Assembly (NCBI GenBank): GCA_043758185.1
Contig: JAYVNZ010000006.1
Location: 1 to 49,636 of the forward strand
Direction of reading: 5' to 3'
From: Gemmatimonadaceae bacterium
Lineage (GTDB): Bacteria; Gemmatimonadota; Gemmatimonadetes; Gemmatimonadales; Gemmatimonadaceae
DNA: 49,636 nt
Shown: one piece after another, positions 26,387-35,492 of the stretch
How positions within the stretch are numbered: position 1 is the stretch's first letter
Layout of the letters: every line of letters starts with the position of its first letter
Notes under the pieces: model-generated
Database searches by the model: none
Told to the model about the DNA's origin: nothing
Seen by the model: only the letters and a program-made list of their open reading frames with translations
Translations under genes and position numbers: made by a program

Positions 26387-29300
26387 TGCTGCGCCGCCTG
26401 TTCCGCCTGCTCGTGGTGCTCAGCGTGGTGGCGATCCTGGGGGTCGTTGCCGTGTGGTTGCTCACGAACACGGACTTCGGGCGGGAGCGTTCGCGGCGAT
26501 TCGTGGTGGACCTGTTGAACGCACAGACGCACGGCATCGTGAAGGTCGATGCGATGCACGGAAACCTGCTGAGTGGGGCGACGCTGGTGCGCGTGTCGAT
26601 CACGGACAGCGCGGGCCACCCGTTCCTCAAGGCGGATTCGATTTCGCTGCAGTACGTGCTGCGGAGCTTCCTCTCGCAGCGGCTCGACTTCGACAACGTG
26701 ATCGTGTATCACCCGGATGTCGTGGTGGCACGGCTGCCGGGCAAGGAGTGGAACTACCGCATCCTGTGGCCCTCGTCGCCACCGCGAGCGCCAGGCGACA
26801 CGCTGCCCGGATGGGGATCGACGGTGCGCCTCACGAACATGACGGTGGTGAATGGCTTCGTCACCGTACGGTCGCTCTGGGCACCGCGGGAGGGCGTGTC
26901 GGCACGGGTGCGGGACAGCATCATCGCCGATGCATTGGGCGCGGGATCCCGCCTGTACATCAACAAGGCGGCAGGCGGCTACCAGAAAGTCGTCACGCTG
27001 GAGCGTGTGAACGCCAAGGTGCCCTTCGTGCGATGGGCCGATCCCGCATTCAAGTACCGCTACGTCCAGGTTGCGGCGCTGACCATGGATGCGTTTCCCT
27101 TCCGCCCGCCCGCTGCGCACGTGACGGCGCTCACGGGAAATTTTTCCTTCAGCGACGACTCGCTGTGGTGGAAGGGTGCGAACGCCCGACTTCCCCGCTC
27201 GGCGATGAAGGGCGATGGAGTGTACAATCTCAACAACGGCGACATGCGGCTCACGCTGGCGGCAACGCCGGCCGCATTCGCGGATTTTCACTGGTTGTAT
27301 CCGCACTTCCCCACGTCGGGAGGTGGCAACCTGGGCATGACGGTGCAGTGGAAGGGGGTGACGCAGGATTACGTGATTCGAAGCGCCGACCTCCGCACGG
27401 GTCCATCGCACTTCACCGGCGACCTCGGCGTCACGGTGACGGATACGGTGTTCTTCCATGATGCGAACGTGCGCTTCACCGGCGTCACGACGAAGCAGAT
27501 CGAGGACGCGGCGCCCGGGATCCACTCACCGCGGCAGGGAGTGCTGTCTGGGCGCGCAAATTTCAGCGGCACGCCGAAGCGCATGACGCTCGATGCGGAC
27601 ATCACCTTCGCCACGGCGACGCGGGGCACCAACCGTGTCGCGGCGATCGGCGTCGTGGGCTTCACGCCCACCAAGCCCGTTGTCGTGAGCGCGCGTGACC
27701 TGCACGTGCGCGTTGCTCCCCTGCAGATCGACATCGTGAAGCTGCTGTTCCCCACCCTGCCCATTGGTGGCACGCTGAGCGGCACGGCGACGCTGAACGG
27801 GTCTGGGGCGCAACAACTCGTGGCGAGCGACCTGGACATCGTCCACCAGGATGGGCGCAATATTTCGCACGCCGTTGGGCGCGCGTCGGTGCACACGATC
27901 GGCAGGCAGACGATGGACCTGGATGTGGAGGCGCGGCCGATTGCGCTTGCGGAGTTGACGAAGTTTGCGCCGACGCTGCTGTTGAAGGGACTGGCGCATG
28001 GCTCCGTGCATGCGCACGGCCCCATCGACGCGATGAAAGTCGACACGCGACTGTCACTTCCCGGCGGGGGCCAGTTCGGGCTCACTGGTACGGTGGATTT
28101 CCTGTCCAAGGAGCTTGGCTACGATGTCCTGGCCGACGCCACGCGGCTCGACCTGAGCTGGGTGATGCTGTTCGGGCCGGTGACCTCGCTCAACCTGGCT
28201 GGGCGAGCGCGCGGGCGCGGGTTCAAACCGGCCACGATGTACTCGGACCTGGAGTTCACGTTTGGTGCCTCGTCCATCGACACGATTGGCGTGGATTCGG
28301 CGTTCGTGCGCGCGCGGCTCGCCAATGGCGTGGCGAACATCGAGCGCGCGCATCTCCAGGGCTCGGGCACGAAGATCGACCTGGCCGGCCAGCTGGGTCT
28401 CGACTCGTTGCATGCAGGCGCGCTGACATACGCCGTGGTGGTGGATTCGTTGTCGAAGTTCGCGCGGTTCATTCCGGGCGCCACCTCGCCGACGCCGGAT
28501 ACGCTCATCGTGAAGCCGCGACCGCGGATTGCGTACGAAGCGCTGCGGCGCGCGCGCGCGGATTCGGCGAAGGTGGCCAGGGAAACGGAGGTGCAGCGTG
28601 CGATCGCCGACCTTCCACCTCCGCAGCTGAAGCTGCCCACCGACATTCCGCGCGCCATCCCGAAGGGACTGCTGGCAGGCAGGCTGAAGGCAAACGGCAC
28701 CATCAAGGGGTCACTTGACCGCTTCTCGCTCGAAGGTAGCGTTACTGGCGACAGCGTGGTGGTGCAGGGCAATTCGGTGCGCCGATTCAACGCGACTTAC
28801 AGCTGGCTCGATGCGCGCACGAAGAAGTCGACAGTGAATGCATCACTGCGCGCCGATACGGTGAGCGCGTTCGGCTTTGCATTCGACAGCCTGGCGGGTG
28901 ACCTCAGTTACCTCGCGCCAAATGGTACGCTCGACTTTCGCGTACGCCAGGGCACGCAGCGCGATTATGGGCTGAACGGCGACTTCACGGTCGACAAGGC
29001 GCGCAACGAGCTGCGGTTGAGGGACATTGCCCTGCGCTTCGACAGCACGACGTGGAGGACCACGCATCCGGCGATCGTCCGGTTTGGCGCAGCAGGTGTT
29101 GAAGTCGTGAACCTGGAGCTGCGCGACGGCCCAACGCGTCGCATCTATGCAAACGGGCTGCTGCCCTCGAAGGGCACGGCGAACTTCGACCTGCAGGTCA
29201 CGGACTTTGCCGTGGAGAACGTGGCCGAGTTGCTCCAGAGCGACCTGGCGGTGACGGGTCGGTTGAACCTGGATGCGCACGTCACGGGCACCGCGGAAGA

Positions 29301-30996
29301 TCCGCGCGTTGCGGGCAAGCTCGACTTCGTGAAGGGCACATACAACGAAACGCCGGTGCCCGAGTTGCACGGCACGTTTGCCTACGCCAACAGGCAGTTG
29401 ACCACGGATGCGTCCGCGATGGACTCCACGGGCAAGGTGCTCGCGAGTGTGAAGGGCACGATTCCCATTGACCTGGCGTTGTCCGGCGTGACCGGATCGC
29501 GGCTGCTCGACCTGCCGCTGAGCGTCACGCTTGCGTCGGACAGCCTGCCGATCGGCCTCATTCCGCAGTTCACCGGCGCGGTCACCGACGTGAAGGGCCG
29601 AGTGATTGGGAACGTCTCCGTCGCGGGGACGTTGAAGAAGCCGGCGTTGAAGGGAGACCTGACGCTGAGCGAGGTGCAATTCCGCCTGGCGGCTACGGGC
29701 GCAGTGCTGGAGCACGTGAATGGCCGTGTGCGGATGACGGGCGACAGCGTGTACGTCGATTCCATTGCGGGCATTGCCAATGGACCGGTGCGCCTGTCCG
29801 GCACGGTCGCCGTCGGCAACTGGCGCACGCCGACGTTCGACCTGTCTTTCACTGCACGCGATGCGCAGCTCATCAGCAACGCGAGCGGCGAGTTGCACAC
29901 GGATGCGGACCTGCATATTGGTGGCGGGCTCACCGGCCCCACGGTGACGGGGGCGGTCACAGTGCAGCACGGCGTGCTGTACATCCCCGAGTCACGCGGC
30001 AAGAAGATCATTGGCGCGGGCGATCCGTCGCTGTTCAGCGTGATCGACACGTCGCTGGCGATCCAGCGGGACCTGTTTCCGGCGCAGTCCGCATTGTTCA
30101 AGAACCTGAAGGTGGACGTGGACTTCAACGTCCTGCGCAACACATGGGTGCGTTCGCGCGATGCGAACGTGGAGGTGTTCACGGACGGGCCGTTGAAGAT
30201 GAACGTGGTGGGTGATGCATTGTCGCTCACGGGAGCCATCGATGCGGACCGTGGGGAATACACCTTCCTTGCCAAGCGTTTCCAGATCAAGCGCGGATCG
30301 GCGATGTTCATCGGCACGCCCGACCTGAATCCCACCGTGCAGATCACGGCCGAGTATCAGGTGAAGCAGGCGGCTGGCACGGCAACGAACATCCGTGTGC
30401 TGGTGGGTGGCACGGTGTTGCGGCCGCGTATTTCGCTCGAGAGTGATGCGCAGCCGCCGTTGTCGCAGAGTGACTTGTTGAGCTACCTCGCGTTCGGTGA
30501 ACGGTCCACGTCGCTGCTGCAGTTCAACCAGACGTCGCTGTCGCCGACGGGGGGCAACCTTCTGAACGTGGCCGGTTCGCGGCTGGCCGGCATTGCGGTG
30601 GGTGTTGCCCTGGATGAGTTGAAGGGCAGTGCTGCGCGGTCGCTGGGGCTCGACGTCTTCAACGTGACGCCGGGCGACATTCCTGTGCTGAATGGCCAGG
30701 GTGGGCTGGACCAGTTCTTCAAGGGCACGGAGATCGAGGCTGGCCGGTACATCAATCCGCGCACGTTTGCGTCGTTGATCTTCACGCCGGGTGCGCTCAC
30801 CTGCAAGACGGGTCATGCGCAGAATAGTTCGTGCGCCCCTCCCGGAGCGACGATCACGCATCGCACTGCGCGCGGGTTGCGCCTGGATGTGAGTTACAGC
30901 CCGCGCTATTTCCTGGATCCGCCAACGCTTGCCGGGCAGACGTTTACGGGTGGCGGGCAGTTCGGGGCGTTCCTCATTCGCGAGTGGCGGTTCTAA
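26386..30996 (+). CDS. tamB: translocation and assembly module protein TamB (DUF490 C-terminus)
   Basis: 1536 aa with an N-terminal membrane anchor (LFRLLVVLSVVAILGVVAVWLL) and a long beta-rich body. The C-terminal DUF490-like block is (...GRYINPRTFASLIF...) and the protein ends ...LIREWRF. Confidence 0.9.
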   Translation: MLRRLFRLLVVLSVVAILGVVAVWLLTNTDFGRERSRRFVVDLLNAQTHGIVKVDAMHGNLLSGATLVRVSITDSAGHPFLKADSISLQYVLRSFLSQRLDFDNVIVYHPDVVVARLPGKEWNYRILWPSSPPRAPGDTLPGWGSTVRLTNMTVVNGFVTVRSLWAPREGVSARVRDSIIADALGAGSRLYINKAAGGYQKVVTLERVNAKVPFVRWADPAFKYRYVQVAALTMDAFPFRPPAAHVTALTGNFSFSDDSLWWKGANARLPRSAMKGDGVYNLNNGDMRLTLAATPAAFADFHWLYPHFPTSGGGNLGMTVQWKGVTQDYVIRSADLRTGPSHFTGDLGVTVTDTVFFHDANVRFTGVTTKQIEDAAPGIHSPRQGVLSGRANFSGTPKRMTLDADITFATATRGTNRVAAIGVVGFTPTKPVVVSARDLHVRVAPLQIDIVKLLFPTLPIGGTLSGTATLNGSGAQQLVASDLDIVHQDGRNISHAVGRASVHTIGRQTMDLDVEARPIALAELTKFAPTLLLKGLAHGSVHAHGPIDAMKVDTRLSLPGGGQFGLTGTVDFLSKELGYDVLADATRLDLSWVMLFGPVTSLNLAGRARGRGFKPATMYSDLEFTFGASSIDTIGVDSAFVRARLANGVANIERAHLQGSGTKIDLAGQLGLDSLHAGALTYAVVVDSLSKFARFIPGATSPTPDTLIVKPRPRIAYEALRRARADSAKVARETEVQRAIADLPPPQLKLPTDIPRAIPKGLLAGRLKANGTIKGSLDRFSLEGSVTGDSVVVQGNSVRRFNATYSWLDARTKKSTVNASLRADTVSAFGFAFDSLAGDLSYLAPNGTLDFRVRQGTQRDYGLNGDFTVDKARNELRLRDIALRFDSTTWRTTHPAIVRFGAAGVEVVNLELRDGPTRRIYANGLLPSKGTANFDLQVTDFAVENVAELLQSDLAVTGRLNLDAHVTGTAEDPRVAGKLDFVKGTYNETPVPELHGTFAYANRQLTTDASAMDSTGKVLASVKGTIPIDLALSGVTGSRLLDLPLSVTLASDSLPIGLIPQFTGAVTDVKGRVIGNVSVAGTLKKPALKGDLTLSEVQFRLAATGAVLEHVNGRVRMTGDSVYVDSIAGIANGPVRLSGTVAVGNWRTPTFDLSFTARDAQLISNASGELHTDADLHIGGGLTGPTVTGAVTVQHGVLYIPESRGKKIIGAGDPSLFSVIDTSLAIQRDLFPAQSALFKNLKVDVDFNVLRNTWVRSRDANVEVFTDGPLKMNVVGDALSLTGAIDADRGEYTFLAKRFQIKRGSAMFIGTPDLNPTVQITAEYQVKQAAGTATNIRVLVGGTVLRPRISLESDAQPPLSQSDLLSYLAFGERSTSLLQFNQTSLSPTGGNLLNVAGSRLAGIAVGVALDELKGSAARSLGLDVFNVTPGDIPVLNGQGGLDQFFKGTEIEAGRYINPRTFASLIFTPGALTCKTGHAQNSSCAPPGATITHRTARGLRLDVSYSPRYFLDPPTLAGQTFTGGGQFGAFLIREWRF

Positions 30997-31000
30997 GAGC

Positions 31001-31063
31001 GGGAGACGGGGGACAGCTCGCTCGCTGACGCTCGCTGGACGGGGGACGGGGGATGGGGGACAG
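31001..31063 (+). repeat. G-rich post-stop element, copy after tamB
   Basis: Sequence is GGGAGACGGGGGACAGCTCGCTCGCTGACGCTCGCTGGACGGGGGACGGGGGATGGGGGACAG. It starts 5 nt after the TAA at 30994-30996. Confidence 0.9.
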
Positions 31064-31248
31064 AAAAAGGGACGCGTTCGTCACCGGAAGTGGACGAGGT
31101 GACAGCTGTCCTCTATCGACGTCACCCAACTAACTCCTTGATGTGCATCGCGTTGCCGACGCGTGGTGCGCATCGCGACGACTGGTATCGCGCATGCTTT
31201 GAGGACTGAGTGCCGCGCAACCCTGCGCGCGTTCATCCCGGAGATCCC

Positions 31249-31911
31249 ATGCGTCTCACTTCGCTCGTAATGGCCGGCATCATCGCCGCCGCACTGTTCG
31301 TTGCACCAGACATTGCATTGGCGCAGTCGCGCGCGAATGGGTCGCGAGCAACGACCGATGCCGCAACGCTGTTCGATGTCACGCCGTATGCGGGCTACAT
31401 GGTGTTCGGCAGCTATCTCTCCGGACCGCTCGGCACGTCGTTGACGAATGCGCCGGCGCCCATCTATGGCGTGCAACTCGGGATGAAGATTGCGCCCAGT
31501 ATCTCCGTCATCGGCAACCTTGCCACGGCGAGCAGCGACATCCAGGCGGGCATTCCATTCCTGGGCGGGGTGTCCGTGGCGCGAAGCACAATGCTGCTGT
31601 ACGACGCCGGGCTCCAGCTCGACATCCCGGTCACATCGGCGTATGGCGCGTCATTTTCCCCGTTCCTGCAGGCAGGAGCTGGCGCGATGCGGTACGACAT
31701 CACGCAGTCCTTCATCTCCACGACCGCGACGAATCTCGCCGGGAACGTAGGCGTCGGGGCGGACGTCGCTGTGGGGCGTGGCGTGGGCATGCGGGTGATG
31801 GCGAGGGATTACATCGGCAAGTTCGACGTGCAGCAGGCGACGTCGTTCGACATCTCGAGCAATACGACGCAGAGCTTTGCGTTCAGCGCGGGGATGCGGT
31901 TTTCGTTCTAA
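31249..31911 (+). CDS. small outer-membrane beta-barrel protein (OmpW/OmpA-barrel-like)
   Basis: Signal peptide MRLTSLVMAGIIAAALFVAPDIALAQ. Alternating beta-strand pattern with a C-terminal ...AGMRFSF beta-signal. GGAG lies 7 nt before ATG 31249. Confidence 0.8.
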   Translation: MRLTSLVMAGIIAAALFVAPDIALAQSRANGSRATTDAATLFDVTPYAGYMVFGSYLSGPLGTSLTNAPAPIYGVQLGMKIAPSISVIGNLATASSDIQAGIPFLGGVSVARSTMLLYDAGLQLDIPVTSAYGASFSPFLQAGAGAMRYDITQSFISTTATNLAGNVGVGADVAVGRGVGMRVMARDYIGKFDVQQATSFDISSNTTQSFAFSAGMRFSF

Positions 31912-31912
31912 T

Positions 31913-31964
31913 GGCGGGGGACGGCTCGCTCGCGTTCGCTCGCTGGACAGGGGACGGGGGACAG
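31913..31964 (+). repeat. G-rich post-stop element, copy after the OMP gene
   Basis: Sequence is GGCGGGGGACGGCTCGCTCGCGTTCGCTCGCTGGACAGGGGACGGGGGACAG. It starts 2 nt after the TAA at 31909-31911. Confidence 0.9.
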
Positions 31965-31972
31965 GACGAGTA

Positions 31973-32503
31973 TCAGTGGCCTGTGCGTTCTACCGTCTTG
32001 CCGCCGAAGTTTTCCGTTGTGACGTTCTTGTTGACCTGGAGCGAGCGTACATAGCTCACGAGCATCCAGATCTGATCCGGCGAAATGAGGCTGCCCCACG
32101 CGGGCATTCCCTCGGGGCGACCCTGGTAGATGGACTCGAATACCTCTGCTGGTTCGCCGCCAAAGTGCCATCGGCCATCGGCGAGACTGGGGCCCATGGC
32201 GCCGCTGCCGTCGGCACCGTGGCAGTCGATGCAGTTGTAGGCGACGAACAGCTTGGCGCCGGTGGCAATCGCTGCCGCGTCGCCTTCGTGCGGGTTGGTG
32301 AGCGGCATGCCGACAAAGGGCTTCACCATCCCGGGCTGGATATGCTCGGCGTGGGAGACGAACCGGGCGGCGAGGTCCTGCTGTGCGGTCGTCGCCTGGA
32401 TGCGTGGCGGCGTTCGGGGCTCTGCGGCGCGTGAGTCGCGGCAGGCCTGGAGCGGAATGCTGAGCGCAATCGCCCATGTGGTGATCAACGCGGCTCGATT
32501 CAC
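31973..32503 (-). CDS. mono-haem c-type cytochrome, probable lipoprotein (electron acceptor candidate for the adjacent PQQ dehydrogenase)
   Basis: Has the haem motif CIDCHG plus a distal Met region (GRPEGMPAWG). The N-terminus is MNRAALITTWAIALSIPLQAC. GTG 32503 is preceded by GGAGG. Confidence 0.85.
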   Translation of the reverse strand: MNRAALITTWAIALSIPLQACRDSRAAEPRTPPRIQATTAQQDLAARFVSHAEHIQPGMVKPFVGMPLTNPHEGDAAAIATGAKLFVAYNCIDCHGADGSGAMGPSLADGRWHFGGEPAEVFESIYQGRPEGMPAWGSLISPDQIWMLVSYVRSLQVNKNVTTENFGGKTVERTGH

Positions 32504-32641
32504 AGGACCTCCGTTGGGAGTCAGCAGTTGTTCGTTGGAACGCGAATCCGGCGAATCTCAACAACATCTACGCGAATTGCTCCATTGTGCGAACGGCGGA
32601 CGTCGCGGCACGAGCGCGATCCATTCGGTGCACGAGTCGCG

Positions 32642-32716
32642 CCGTCCCCCGTCCAGTGAGCACCAGCGAGCGGGCCGTCAGCCGTCCAGCGAGCGAAGCG
32701 AGCGGGCTGTCCCCCC
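32642..32716 (-). repeat. G-rich post-stop element, copy after the PQQ dehydrogenase (inverted relative to the other copies)
   Basis: The minus strand reads (TA)GGGGGGACAGCCCGCTCGCTTCGCTCGCTGGACGGCTGACGGCCCGCTCGCTGGTGCTCACTGGACGGGGGACGG. The first G of the element is the last base of the TAG stop. Confidence 0.9.
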
Positions 32717-34539
32717 TATAGTGAGAACACGAACAACATCCCGCCCCAGCTCGTCCAGCGCGCGATGTCGGGCAGCGTGGAGCCCCGTTCACGCACATCG
32801 TACGGCAGGTTGGCTGCCACATCGCCGGCGATGAGCAAGCCCATGTCACCGCCGATGCCGGCATAAATCGCGACATACTGCTTGCCATCGGGGCCGAGGT
32901 AGGCGATTGGGTTTCCGACAACGCCCGATCCGAGCTTGAACTTCCAGAGCACCTTCCCCGTGCGGGCGTCAGCAGCCTTGAACCATCCGTCGAGCGTGCC
33001 GTAGAATACGACGTCGCCCTTGGTGGCGAGCGCGCCACCCCAGACGGGATACGGCTCCTTGATGCCCCAGACTTTTTTCCCCGTTGTGGCGTCCCACGCG
33101 ATGAATTCACCGCGGTAGCCGCCCGGTCCGGCGACTTCGGGCGCATTGCCGCCGATGTATGGCGTGCCGGGAATGTACGACACCTCGCGCGCCTCGAAGT
33201 CCATGCAGAGGTTGTTGGTGGGAACGTAGAAGAGGCCCGTTGCCGGCGAGAATGCTGCGGGCTGCTGGTTCTTTCCGCCCTCCAGGCTGGGACAGATGAA
33301 CGACACCTTCTTGCCCTGGAACGGCACCTTCTCGGCGTTCAGCGTGGGACGTCCGGTGGCCAGGTCGATTCCGCTGGCCCAGTTCGTCGGTACGTACGGC
33401 TTGGCGAGAATGACCTCACCGGTCGCGCGATCCATGGTGTAGGCGAAGCCGTTGCGATCGAAATGGACGAGCGCCTTGCGTGTCTTGCCGGCGATGGGCA
33501 GGTCGGCGAGGATGTTCTCGTTGACGGCGTCGTAGTCCCACACGTCGTGCGGCGTGGGCTGGAAGGCCCAGACCATCTCGCCGGTGTCGGCATCCCGCGC
33601 GATGATGGCGGCGCTCCACTTGTTGTCGCCGGGCCGCTGCTTGCCGTTCCATGGGCCCGGGTTCGATGTCCCGTGATAGACGAGGTTGAGCTCGGGATCG
33701 TAGGAGAGCCAGCCCCAGACGGTGGCCCCGCCCTGCTGCCAGGTGTTGGATGGCCAGCTGGTGGCGCCCTGGTTGGCGCTCGTGTCGGACTTGCCGTAGA
33801 AGGGCTTGAACCGCTTGCCGACCTTGATGTCGGCATCGGGTCCGATGTTGTAGGCGCGCCAGAGCTCCTTGCCGGATGTGGCATCGATGGCGGCAATCCA
33901 GCCGCGCACGCCCATTTCGCCACCGCTCGATCCAACGATGACCTTTCCCTTCACGACGAGCGGCGCCATGGTCATGGTCTCGCCCTTGGCGAGGTTGCCC
34001 ATCTGCGTCCGCCAGAGCAGTGCGCCTGTTGCGACATCGACGGCGACGGTATGTCCGTCGAGCAGGTTGTAGAAGATCTTTCCATCGGCGTACGCAGCGC
34101 CGCGATTGACGACGTCGCAGCACGCGAGCCCGACGGCCGTTTGTGAATTCTCCGGACGCACCTTCCACTTGAGTGGCTGGCCTTCGGTTGCGAGGTCGAG
34201 CGCGTACGACACGTTGGGATAGGGCGTCACGACGTACATCGTGTTGCCCACCACGAGTGGCTGGCCTTCGTGACCGCGCAGCACGCCGGTGGAGAAGGTC
34301 CAGGCGGCGTGCAGGTTCTTGACGTTGTCGGGGGTGATCTGCGCGAGTTCACTGTATCGCGACGATGCGTAGTCGCCCGCGGGGACGTTCCATTCGCCGG
34401 CAGGTCCCGTGCGTGGCGCGGCGATGCGCGTGCCCGACACGGTCGTGGCACTGGCACCGGCGGAATCCGTGGCCGGCGACGGCGCGCGGCCGCAGCCAAT
34501 GACAAGCAGTCCAGCAATGGTCAGGCAGGTGCAGCGCAT
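32716..34539 (-). CDS. PQQ-dependent methanol/ethanol-family dehydrogenase (XoxF/ExaF-like), probable lipoprotein
   Basis: Has AWTFSTGVLRGHEGQPLVVGNTMYV, the vicinal Cys pair in LACCDVVNRG, GGEMGVRGW, RPGDNKWS and TPHDVWDYDAVNE. ATG 34539 follows GAGG. The N-terminus is MRCTCLTIAGLLVIGC. Confidence 0.92.
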   Translation of the reverse strand: MRCTCLTIAGLLVIGCGRAPSPATDSAGASATTVSGTRIAAPRTGPAGEWNVPAGDYASSRYSELAQITPDNVKNLHAAWTFSTGVLRGHEGQPLVVGNTMYVVTPYPNVSYALDLATEGQPLKWKVRPENSQTAVGLACCDVVNRGAAYADGKIFYNLLDGHTVAVDVATGALLWRTQMGNLAKGETMTMAPLVVKGKVIVGSSGGEMGVRGWIAAIDATSGKELWRAYNIGPDADIKVGKRFKPFYGKSDTSANQGATSWPSNTWQQGGATVWGWLSYDPELNLVYHGTSNPGPWNGKQRPGDNKWSAAIIARDADTGEMVWAFQPTPHDVWDYDAVNENILADLPIAGKTRKALVHFDRNGFAYTMDRATGEVILAKPYVPTNWASGIDLATGRPTLNAEKVPFQGKKVSFICPSLEGGKNQQPAAFSPATGLFYVPTNNLCMDFEAREVSYIPGTPYIGGNAPEVAGPGGYRGEFIAWDATTGKKVWGIKEPYPVWGGALATKGDVVFYGTLDGWFKAADARTGKVLWKFKLGSGVVGNPIAYLGPDGKQYVAIYAGIGGDMGLLIAGDVAANLPYDVRERGSTLPDIARWTSWGGMLFVFSL

Positions 34540-34574
34540 CGGTCCTCGGTCCACTTGGTAAGGGGCCACCGACA

Positions 34575-35032
34575 TCATGCCTTGCGCGATGTCGCTTGTG
34601 ATCGCTCGTGCATTGCGATGTAGTCGTCCACCGGAAGAGACGCGATGGATGCGGCAATGGCATCGAGCGCCAGGTCACCGGCATGCTTGAAGCGCACGCA
34701 CCCCTTGCCAATATCCAACCGCTTTCCTGCCCTGGCGAACGCCTCCTGGAGGCGCTCCGCTCCGTTGGCATCCAAGTACACCCCACGAGGTGCAGCGCGT
34801 TGTATTGCGTCTGTGCGGCAAGGCCCACGTAACCCAGCGGCTGGCCGTTGTATGTTTTCGGATAACGGCTCAGCGGCACGGGGTAGTAGACCATGCCGCA
34901 GGCCATTCCCTCGACGTACCCCGCCGGAAGGCTGGCGACGATGACGTCGCGCACACGGGCGATCTCGGCGCGGTTTGCGTCCGGCAACTCCCACAGGTAT
35001 TCATCGACTGTTGTTGCAGTGCTCTTTGGCAT
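34575..35032 (-). pseudogene. DUF1801-family gene interrupted by a 1-nt frameshift at a G/C run
   Basis: The N-terminal half is in one frame (MPKSTATTVDEYLWELPDANRAEIARVRDVIVASLPAGYVEGMACGMVYYPVPLSRYPKTYNGQPLGYVGLAAQTQYNALHLVG). The C-terminal half is in the -1 frame (VYLDANGAERLQEAFARAGKRLDIGKGCVRFKHAGDLALDAIAASIASLPVDDYIAMHE). The two frames join at the CCCC run at 34781-34784. Confidence 0.65.
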
Positions 35033-35053
35033 GCGCGTTCCAGTGTGATGCTG

Positions 35054-35461
35054 TTACCGCTTCCCCGCAGGCACCAGGTAGTCCTGTGACGCAATGCACT
35101 GCCAGCGGCCATCCAGCTTGACCCAGCTGTCCGTGTAGCGATACCTGTTGATGAATGGACCGCTCGCTCCCGACCCCTTCATCACGAGTATGCCGATCAC
35201 GACGGCTGCGTGGTCGTACACAAGCGCGCGCATGCGCTCATTGGATGCATGGCGCACGGTGTCGGTACCGGTGGTGAACGACTTGATCCCGGCTTCGCGC
35301 TCCATGACCCCCGTCTCATCCGAGTAGACCCACTTCGGCGCGGTCATGCGATGGAGGACGGCGGGGTCTCGCTTTACAACGGCCTGCGCCCACTCATTCT
35401 CGAGGCGGAACAGTTCGCGTTCGGCAGACTTGTTGGCTGTACCCTGCTGGGCCGTAGCCAT
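35054..35461 (-). CDS. DUF4440/SnoaL-like (NTF2-fold) protein; start uncertain
   Basis: Contains ELFRLENEWAQAVVKRDPAVLHRM...RYRYTDSWVKLDGRWQCIASQ. The conservative start is ATG 35461. The frame stays open upstream through a signal-peptide-like segment to ATG 35605. Confidence 0.75.
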   Translation of the reverse strand: MATAQQGTANKSAERELFRLENEWAQAVVKRDPAVLHRMTAPKWVYSDETGVMEREAGIKSFTTGTDTVRHASNERMRALVYDHAAVVIGILVMKGSGASGPFINRYRYTDSWVKLDGRWQCIASQDYLVPAGKR

Positions 35462-35492
35462 GTGCGGAGCAGACAGGAGCAGAACCAGCCAA

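Noticed and set aside
31081-31476. 131-aa minus-strand ORF between tamB and the OMP gene
   Set aside because: It overlaps the OMP gene start and its promoter region, is Arg-rich, and has no start context or motifs.
31913-32716. Cytochrome c gene as cargo of a MITE-like or composite mobile element, because it is bracketed by inverted copies of the G-rich element
   Set aside because: I saw no transposase, no target-site duplication and no clean terminal inverted repeats. The inverted arrangement follows simply from each copy being sense-oriented to a different upstream gene.
34349-35032. Reading the 227-aa track ORF as one intact gene, or as a programmed -1 frameshift
   Set aside because: After about residue 83 the product becomes Arg/Pro-rich and runs into the PQQ dehydrogenase start. 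The family-like C-terminus is in the other frame. The junction (G GGG TGT) is not a classical X XXY YYZ slippery heptamer and no downstream structure was seen. A mutation or a sequencing error is therefore more likely.
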